Below, piece by piece: positions 54,692 through 64,000 of a stretch of DNA of 64,000 nt; positions within the stretch are counted from its first letter, which is position 1; each line of letters opens with the position of its first letter. The notes below the pieces were generated by a model. It saw only the letters and a program-made list of their open reading frames with translations, did no database searches and was not told where the DNA came from. The translations under genes and the position numbers were made by a program. Origin of the DNA: Octopus sinensis (taxonomy: Eukaryota); the NCBI RefSeq assembly GCF_006345805.1, contig NC_042997.1, positions 151,962,001-152,026,000 of the forward strand. Direction: 5' to 3'.

Positions 54692-54853
54692 ATGTACATT
54701 CTTTACATTATTTACATTATTTACACTCGACGGACATTTGTTCTAATCTTGTTTGTTGTTATCACAATTTTTCGGCTGATATATCCTCCAGCCTTCTTCA
54801 GGTGGCTTGGGGAAATTTCGAACCTGGATTCTCATTCCTAAAGTATTTTTCGA

Positions 54854-54855
<2 letters not shown>
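54692..54855 (-). mobile_element. Hammerhead-bearing repeat, left copy (ribozyme 54763-54804)
   Basis: Minus strand cac-CTGAAGA-a-ggctg(gaggatatat)cagcc-GAAA-aATT-gtg. Inverted homolog of 55078-55232. Confidence 0.75.
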
Positions 54856-54913
<58 letters not shown>

Positions 54914-54929
54914 TCTTATTATTATGCCC

Positions 54930-55021
54930 ATGGGCATATTGCGTAGTAGTTAAGAGTGCGGGCTACTAAACCCAGGATTCCGAGTTCCATTCCAAACAGT
55001 GACCTGAACAATAACAATAAC

Positions 55022-55055
<34 letters not shown>

Positions 55056-55075
55056 TAATAATAATAATAATAATA
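54930..55075 (+). mobile_element. Short tRNA-derived SINE with (AAT)n tail
   Basis: gcgtagtagttaagagtgcgggctactaaacccaggattccgagttccattcc has A/B boxes in tRNA spacing and is followed by (aat)n. Confidence 0.7.
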
Positions 55076-55077
55076 AC

Positions 55078-55232
55078 ATCGAAAAATACCTTAGGAATGA
55101 GAACCCAGGTTCGAAATGTCCCCAATACACCCGAAGAAGGCTGGAGGATATATCAGCCGAAACGTTGTTCTAACAACAAACAAGATGAGTACATATATCC
55201 GTCGAATGTAAATAACGTAAATAATGTAAATA
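55078..55232 (+). mobile_element. Hammerhead-bearing repeat, right copy (ribozyme 55127-55170)
   Basis: acac-CCGAAGA-a-ggctg(gaggatatat)cagcc-GAAA-cGTT-gt; palindromic aacgtt; ends in (aatgtaaat)n. Confidence 0.75.
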
Positions 55233-56143
55233 TTGTTAGGTAATTCCATATATACATGTATGTGTGTGTGTGTGTGTGTGTGTATGTGTGTGTGCGTTTG
55301 GCAGTGAACTTAGGCATGTAGTTCTACTTTGTTTATGTTTAGGTATTGTTCATTGGGCTGGACCAATGCAATAGTAACCCTTTCACATAAAAACATTAAA
55401 TGCTGCTTCAAATGTTCAAAGATAAATCAATGAACACGCGAAGCAGAGATGAGGGAGACAGGCACAAAGTTATCAATAGTCTAATCGCTCTAGCAAATTA
55501 TCCTGGATGACATCTGCAAGAAATACAGTAACAAGTATCTAGCTAGGGGCTTTAGTTTCTTACATATCATTTTAGTTTCTGAAAAACAAATCGCCTTCAG
55601 TGTTGCTACATCGTTTCTTCCTGTACCCAGCTTGTAGGAACATCAATTGTGTTCACTTTCTGCCTTCCTCTACATTTCTTTCCCTTCGGTTTTCCAGTTA
55701 TCGCGAAGTATTTAAAGAAATAAGTCATAATTATTTTACATCATAACACACCAAATGAAAATAATGGATTGGATGATGTGGTTCAAGATAAACGTTTATT
55801 CTAGTTGACCACCTAATGTATAAAAAATGGTGTTTATGTTTACCTCGAAAATTGAATGAAGCCAATTTTCTTTATTAGATGTTGCTGTTATCCTTCTTGA
55901 TGTTGTTTTACTTCGCGTCAGCTCTGATGAAGCAAAAATATTCCAGACATGACTAACTCGTCTCTATTTGTTTTAGAGGCAAAATATATCTAAGACTACA
56001 TTAGTCAATGTATTTTTAAACGACATAATATGATGGTAGAGGTATTTGGTTACTATTTCTAGTGCGTCGAAAGTGCACATAAAAGCCCCCTCGTTTGCTT
56101 AGCATACTGTTGCTAATGTTGATGTTCTTGTTCTTTATACCTA

Positions 56144-56555
56144 AGTGGCGAGCTGGCAGAATTGTTACCGCGCCGGACAAAATGCTTAGCGGTATTTCTC
56201 CGACTTTGCATTCTGAGTTCAAATTCTGCCGAGGTCGAATTTGCTTTTCATCCTTTCGAGGTCGATAAAATAAGTACCAGTAGAATACTGGGGTCGATTT
56301 AATCGACTTATCCCCTCCCCCAAAACTGCTGGCCTTGTACCAAAATTTGTAACCATTATTTATACCCAAGCCAAGGAGGCGAGCTGACAGAATCTTTAGG
56401 ACACCGGACAAAATGCTTAGCGACATTTCTTCCAGATTGACGGTCTGAGGTCAGATTCCGTCGAGGTCGACTATGTCTTTTATTCTTTGGGGTTGATTAA
56501 CTAAGTATACCTCCTCCTAAATTTCGGGCTTTGTGCCTATAGTAGAAAGGATTAT
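56144..56555 (+). mobile_element. Two tandem family B SINEs
   Basis: Heads ggcgagctggcagaa (56147) and ggcgagctgacagaa (56378); ttta(t/c)acc(t/c)aag at ~56134, ~56359 and ~56555. Confidence 0.88.
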
Positions 56556-57658
56556 TTACACCCAAGTCAGCTGTGTCTTGATCGTACACATCCTAAATTT
56601 TATTATTCCGTCTTAGTTCAGATTGTGTATCTTGGACAATATAATCCAATGTGATTTAGCTGCCGTTTGCAAAAGTTCGAAAAGATTGCGTCATTGTCAC
56701 ATCCACTCGATGTAATCAATGTAATGTTTTGTGTCACCAAACCATATTTGCCAAGCCCTCTTTGGTGATGCTGTTTACAGCGGTGAACTACATCACGTAG
56801 TAAATATATTTTCAACTAAGTCGGTTTGTTTATTGACATACAAATACCTAGGCCAAGAACAAAGATGAGGGAAGACCGCTGAATAGGAACCAAGTAAGTT
56901 TTGGATGATTATTCTGGTAATTCAATGATTCCCCCCCCCTCAAGGCTTTTCAATAAGGTGAACAGTAGTGGAGAAAAAAAGAATGAAAGAAAATTATCTA
57001 AATTGACAGATGTCATTAATGTAATTCGAAATCAGGACCATAGAACTCAGATGTTTGTGTTTTGAAGTCACAAATAAGGAAATATCATTAAATGCTAGCA
57101 AGCAAATAGCGCAATGACTGAAGAATCAGATGGTACTGACAAAAAGAGGAGAAGGAAGAGAAAGAAGAAAAAACAAACAGCAATGTGTGTGAGCGTGAAG
57201 AGAGAGGGGGCTGAGAGAAAGGAAAGGAGGGAAAAAGTGAGATTGATATGAAAAGAGAACAAAATTTTTATACATCAGTGTACAGAATTAACAAGCTCCA
57301 CAACCAAATGCCTCAAACAATTAATCAGCTAACCAAAATATCTTAGATTTATGTGTATATGCATGTATGCATATCTATGCATATAAAGACACGTGAACAC
57401 ACACACACACTTATGTATATGCATATGTGTATGTGTATATATATATATAAAACCATTATATTTGTAATTAAATTACTTGGCAGGTAGGTGTCGGTTACAT
57501 GCTTTCTGCTTTCATTAATGTGTGTGTGTGTGTTTGTGTGTATGTATGTGTATATAAGTGTGTGTTAGAATACTATACACATGTGAACATATATTTGAAT
57601 CAAGCATTCAGTCGTGAACTCCTGATCAAATGTATGCATGTATGTGTATAGTGTTCTC

Positions 57659-57694
<36 letters not shown>

Positions 57695-58352
57695 TGCGTG
57701 TGTGTATGCGTGTGTGTGTATGCGTGTGTGCATATATATATATATATATATATGTATGCATGTATGTATGTATGTATATGCGCGTGTGTATGTATGCATT
57801 AATGAATACATATAAACATACATATGCGTGTGCATAAGAAGTGAAAGAGAGAGAGCATACAAGAACGATTGTCTTCTTAATACAAAAACTAATCTATAAA
57901 GAAAATCAAACTGCTGAAGATAAGATCTTAATAAAATATCTAACAGATGAGAAGATTCTGAAGAAGAAAAAAAAAACAATAGTAAGATTTTTGTGTTTTA
58001 TTTGCAAGAACTTTCGTATTTCCAGTAGTTTTTATGAATAGATTCTATTATACATTCCAACAAGAATCGGACTCTACTGCCCATTTGGACTCTGATCCTG
58101 AGAAGCATTCAGATGTGAACGATGACATGAATGATGAGATATTTGGTTCAGTATTTCAAAATATTTCAAAGCTTCTCGGCGGTCTGAAGAAGAATGTCGA
58201 AACAGTTCAACAAATCCTTTTATACAACATCCTTGTTATTCATTAGACATTTCTCTTAAAGAATTTATCAGATTTATATGCCTAATAATTCGATTTATGT
58301 TTATTAAGGAACTGGTGATGAAATTGGGTATGTTGGAGTAGGAAGTGAAATA

Positions 58353-58391
<39 letters not shown>

Positions 58392-59264
58392 CAACAACAA
58401 CAGCAACAATAATAATAATAATAATAATAATAATAGTATTCATAGAAAATAAAAATGGACGATGGCACAAGAGTAAATGTAAACATGACTCGTTTTATTT
58501 CAGAGTTCAGTATGAATAATTAATCTAAACAATTCTCAAGACTTAGCGGAGTGGCGTCTTTTTAAATAGGGTCTATTTGTTTGCCGCAGATAAAAGAGCG
58601 AAGGGCTTGTTAATGGCGCATGCCTAAACTGACAAGTAGGAACATTTATTTTATTCTCTTTTATTATATTCTTACAATTGTCTTTCTTTTCTTTTTTTTG
58701 ATGTCGTAGTGGTAGTGATGTGGGTGGCGGTAAGAGGATTGGTTTCTTTGGAATTCATCATCTTCGAGGACGGATCACTATTGTTCCATTCCTTTGTATG
58801 TTTGACTAAGAAATCATGGAGATTGTTGTGGAATATTTTGTTGGGGAAAGCAACACAAACTGTGATATCAACGTATTATTGTCCATAAAATATCACATAT
58901 CAGAGATTACTACAAATAGTCACTATTGTTAGCATTCACAGATAAATTATACATGTACATATATGTGTGTATGTATGTGTGCATATATGCACGTATATAT
59001 GCATATATGAATATGTGTATGTGCGAGTATGTGTGTTTGGATTGTTACGTTTTGTATATTAATGATGTGGACTGTCGATAAAGTATGTTTCACTGAGTTA
59101 TTCAAAGAACCCTGATGTGTATGCGTATATGTGTATGCTTGTATTGATTTATTGATCAATTGATTGGAAATGATATGATATTCAAGCCGAACATAAGAGC
59201 ATATATGCATATATATATATTATATATATATATATATATTATATATATGATATATATATATGTA

Positions 59265-59360
<96 letters not shown>

Positions 59361-59825
59361 TGCATATGCGTGTACGTGCGTGAGTATACATGTGTGCGTG
59401 TATAAGTGTGTGTAGTGAATAATTTTATCTATAGATATCTGAACACTTTTTGTATGCTTAACACACGTATTACAAAACTGCTCAATTTTCAATTCATATA
59501 CGACTGTTTATTCATGTCTATAAATGTATACGTATTTGGTAACTACAAATTGTATTTATGCATTCATATCAAAACAAAGAATGAATACATGAATAAAATA
59601 AACGAATACACTGAATCTAAGAGAGACTTTGAAGTTTGTCTATACCCTGATATAAAGTTTCCACATATAAGCATATATGTATCTACACACATACATAAGC
59701 ACAAACACACACACACACACATAGGCATAGACACAAACATGCAATGGGGTATGTGTAGGTTTATATATTTAAATATATTTAAATATATGTATATGTATGT
59801 AATATATATATATATATATACATAA

Positions 59826-59857
<32 letters not shown>

Positions 59858-59956
59858 TATATAAAATAATATATATATGAAAGCATAATATGCATATATT
59901 TATAAATAGTGTACACCTATATATAAACATGCATACATACATACTATACATATATA

Positions 59957-59994
<38 letters not shown>

Positions 59995-60134
59995 GTAATA
60001 CATATATATGTATATATATATGATATATATATGTATAGACATATATAATATATATATATATATGTGTGTGTATCTACATACATGTATACATGTATAAATG
60101 CGCGTGTATTGTATATATGCATGTGCGCATATAT

Positions 60135-60234
60135 NNNNNNNNNNNNNNNNNNNNNNNNNNNNNNNNNNNNNNNNNNNNNNNNNNNNNNNNNNNNNNNNNN
60201 NNNNNNNNNNNNNNNNNNNNNNNNNNNNNNNNNN
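60135..60234. other. Assembly gap (100 N)
   Basis: Run of N. Confidence 1.
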
Positions 60235-60384
60235 GATTCAAGGACATGCATTACATCAAAAATTCTACGTTAGGGATGCAAATCCTCTGAGTCGCGTACG
60301 ACATAATGCGGGTACCGCTGAATCCTTGGTATATACAGGTGCTTACAATTATCAAGTACTCACCCTGAATTTATATATATATAA

Positions 60385-60497
60385 AATTGCAGTGTTGAAA
60401 GTGTTTATAAGCCACTTGAAAATACAAAAACCGTTAGATTCTCTTCAACGGTTTTTGTGTTTTTAAATGGCTTATAAACACATTCCACGCTGTAATT
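60385..60497. repeat. Inverted repeat, ~50-bp arms, 11-nt loop
   Basis: gtgtttataagccacttgaaaatacaaaaaccgtt / aacggtttttgtgtttttaaatggcttataaacac. Confidence 0.9.
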
Positions 60498-60563
60498 GTT
60501 TTTTTGTTTCAGCACACGATCTCAGATCATGTCATTTGCTTTGCAAGTACATCTTCGTAATAT

Positions 60564-60666
<103 letters not shown>

Positions 60667-61615
60667 ACATTATTCTGTTAATATATAAGTGTTCATTATG
60701 CATGTATGCATATCTGTGTATGTAGATATGTATGTAGACATATTGATCATATATGGTAAAACAGTACTAATGAACGTTGTGGACTCTTTTAGACTTGTGA
60801 CGACGGAATAACTGATGCTCAGTTTGACCTTCTCTATTTAAAATACATAGGCTGAGTAATATAGCAGAAAGTGAATTCCACAACGATCCAAAGCTGGGGA
60901 TGAACAATTGTGGAGAAATCATTTTTTTTTAAGATTAGGTGCAGTAAATAATGAGAATAGTAGACGAAATGGACGAATCAGTTGGATTTAGACGACGATG
61001 CTGCGGTATTTTTTTATTGGAAAATAAAAAAAAGAATGCGGTATGACAGTCCGTGGACGAGTGGGAGAGGTAGAGGGAGAGAGAAAGAGAAAGAGAGAGA
61101 GGGCAGTGTTCAGAGACAAGGAGATGGGAAGAGAGACACAGACAAACAGAGAAAGACAAAGAGTGATGGTCGTGATGTTCAAACCTTGGCAAAGCTATTT
61201 AACGACGAAGAGTGACAGCGACGAGGTGAGTTTTGGGTATTGTCTAGGATATTAACGAATGCAGCAGCTATACTGTTTGACATATGAGAACAGTTCTAAT
61301 ATGAGTTTTTCTAGAATCAGTAACTTATGAGGACTGAAATATTTTGCCATCACTCGAAGGAAAAAAATCCTTGCGTCTTGGGATGCTGATTGTGTAATGT
61401 TACAGATACGAAGATGACTTGAGGGAGAATGTTAAGTAGGTCTTGCATAAATCCACGAAGAATCAAAATGCCTAAGAGTTTGATGCTGATAGGACCTAGC
61501 TACCGGGGAGTAACAGTAGGGACATCCCTATGGTCAGTCACTTTATTTCATAGGTGAGATTAAAGAAATATGAATTGCCTCTGTGGGTTACAAAATACAT
61601 TATACTCTACAGCAT

Positions 61616-61647
61616 TTATCCCACTACAATATATTGTAGTGGGATAA
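61616..61647. repeat. Perfect 32-bp palindrome
   Basis: ttatcccactacaatatattgtagtgggataa equals its own reverse complement. Confidence 0.95.
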
Positions 61648-61814
61648 CCCGCAATTTTTTTTATAAACATGAACTTTTTTATAAACATGAATTAATACCT
61701 ACATTTGTAACCGTTAATTGACTAGGTAAATAAACACACACACACACACACAAACACACACGCACATACAAACACAAAGAAATTCATACATATATACACA
61801 CATTCATACTTATA

Positions 61815-62424
61815 TTGGGTATCCCATAAATAATGCGGTTTTTAAAATATTTTTTTATTTTTTATACTTATTTTATTTTTCAAAAAAAAGATAAACAAAG
61901 ATCTTTTTTTTTAATCTAAGGTATACTCTACTTCATTTTCTACAATGCTCTTCCATCTATCTGCTAGATTTGCAAGACCCTCTTCTAAAATGCACTTGTC
62001 CGTGACGAAAAATACTCCTCCAGTACTGTTCTGACCTCGTTTACAGATTTCATATTTTTTCCGTCCAAATGATTTTGAAGACTGCGGAATAAATGATAAT
62101 CAGATGGGACAATGTCCGTTGAATATGGTGGGTGATGCATAGTTTCCCATTCAAGCTGCTCCAGCCTTTGGAATGCCATCCTTGCTGTATGAGGCTGATG
62201 GAAGAACAACTTAAGCCGTTCAAGCTGCTCGTAGTAGGTCTTCTTTGTTATCGTTTAGTTTGGATTTAAAAGTTCAGTGTGGACTAAACCTTTCATTTCC
62301 CACGAAACAGATAACAACATTTTACGTGGGTGGTGCTTTTATAGAAATTTGATGCAGGTAGGTTATCTCCTCCGACTTTTAGTTCATGCAATTGAAAAAC
62401 CGCATTATTTATGCGGTGACCCGA
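61815..62424 (-). mobile_element. Internally deleted mariner element with TIRs (family distinct from 1004-1560)
   Basis: TIRs TA|ttgggtatcccataaataatgcggttttt and aaaaaccgcattatttatgcggtgacccga; minus ORF PHTARMAFQRLEQLEWETMHHPPYSTDIVPSDYHLFRSLQNHLDGK. Confidence 0.93.
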
Positions 62425-64000
62425 CATATGTATGTATGTCTATATATATATAGTGGTCTTGCTAACCTGTACTTTCGCTTCTATGCTCATGGGTCTTCGG
62501 GCAAGTTATCACTATTTTATGATATTGATTACTCTTCCCTCTGCCAGTTAACACCGAACGTGTGCATGTATCTGTGTGTGTGTATGAGAGAGAGAAGAAT
62601 ATCCGAATATTTCTTGAGAGCAATATCGACTTCACTCGAGGAATAACATCATGAAGCGATAGTGGTTTCAGCTTTTGTGCAGCTTAGTTATTACTCTCCG
62701 AAGATAGCTGAACTCGAATTTGTATATTGTCTTGTATACATCCAGGTCTTGATTTGTTCAACTAGAGGTATTAGTTATCTAAGAAACCTGTCTGTAATCA
62801 TTCAAAGTGTTAAAAATAGCAGCCAAATTTCTCTCAAAGCCCAATTTTACTGTTTCGCAATGGCTTAGGAGAATTTAGATTACCTAATCCAACATACTAG
62901 GAAAATGGCGCAATTACAACGGTTGAAACTATTTTCATCATAGGTCTACCCGAGCAAAAAAACAAATACCACAACTACTGCCATCACAATCATCATCACC
63001 AACATCAACAACATATAAGAAGCCAACGATGGAACCGTTGTGTAGTCGCATATTCTGTGAGCAATAGCAGCCGATTTCCCTCAAATTTCACCTTATTGTC
63101 ATGGTATAATGTAGTCTTACATACACTATGCTTGAAAAAAAAATCTGTTTTACATTAATTTTATTTGATTTTGTTTTTGTTTATGCTTTTTTTTTTCTGG
63201 TCTGTAATGTCTTTCATCAAAGGTCTGTTGAACCAAGCCTGACCTGAGGCTAAACAACAACGGCCACCATTAAAATTATAGAACTCAACATGTTTCGCAG
63301 TATTAGATTGATATTTCTATCGGCTATAGCGTATTTATACTAAATTCAAATATAGTAAAAATGTATTAACAAACCTAAAAATAGTCTTTTGTTACAGAAA
63401 TAACTTTGGACTCATTGAATTCTTGTTTCGTTTATTTGTTTTTTATGTGCATTTGTGTATCTGTGATGTTTATTTTTTGTTCATTTTTATATACATATTT
63501 TATTCATCTTACTTTTATATGTTGACTATGCAAGCAACGGATTCACCTTTTGTTAAACATATTAATTTTAACTCTAATGTTAAACATTATACCAAAGGTG
63601 GAGATGTCCGTGTATATGAGATTATTTCTGTGCATGTGTATGTGTGCGTGTGTACGAGTGTATATAGATGTGTACACGTTCTAGCATGTTTCAGTGTGTG
63701 TAAGTATTTTGTGCTTGAAAATTTTCAGACTGTGTATGAAAGAGTATTTCAGTGAATGTTTAAATGTCTTTATGTGTTCAAGTGTGGGTTGTATGTATGA
63801 ATACATGTATTGAAATGTCCTTTATATTACATTTGTGTGTCTGTGTTGTGTAGGTGAGTGTAAATATATATAAGCATGTGTATGTATTTGTGTGTATGTA
63901 TGCATTTGCATGTATGTTTCTATGTATATATACATATGTTTATATATATATATATGTGTGTATATGTATATGTACATATATATCTATATATATATATATA

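Noticed and set aside
54930-55005. Possible genuine tRNA gene
   Set aside because: No clean acceptor stem, degraded T-loop and an (AAT)n tail; better explained as a SINE.
58180-58212. ggtCTGAAGAagaatgtcGAAAcagttc hammerhead-like boxes
   Set aside because: Stem II is only 2 bp and stem I does not pair; likely chance.
61166-61231. ATG...|GTGAGT possible first coding exon (MVVMFKPWQSYLTTKSDSDE)
   Set aside because: Only a donor match supports it; no downstream exon or homology is visible.

Overview
Repeat-dominated, AT-rich eukaryotic DNA, intronic or intergenic in character. The very dense (TA)n/(TG)n/(TACA)n/trinucleotide microsatellites and the SINE families suggest a coleoid cephalopod such as Octopus (inference, not database-checked). 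Almost all listed ORFs are microsatellite artefacts. No intact protein-coding gene is evident; there are only a few candidate exons. Supported content: two mariner elements with TIRs plus Tc1/mariner and Tigger/pogo fragments; a 428-bp TIR element with an 8-bp TSD carrying TTAGGG repeats; three R4/Dong-like non-LTR fragments; several tRNA-derived SINE families, some with clear TSDs; and a Helitron-like 3' end. The two most notable observations are (1) a 7SL/SRP-RNA-derived sequence that keeps the S-domain and is fused to the 3' tail of the dominant SINE family (15909-16217, minus), a candidate 7SL-derived SINE in an invertebrate, and (2) at least three dispersed non-coding repeat families carrying minimal type-I hammerhead ribozymes with palindromic stem III, one of them as an inverted pair, typical of Penelope-like/retrozyme elements. 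A ~1.6-kb interrupted inverted duplication and several smaller fold-backs are also present. All alignments were done by eye, so boundaries are approximate unless a TSD or TIR is quoted.
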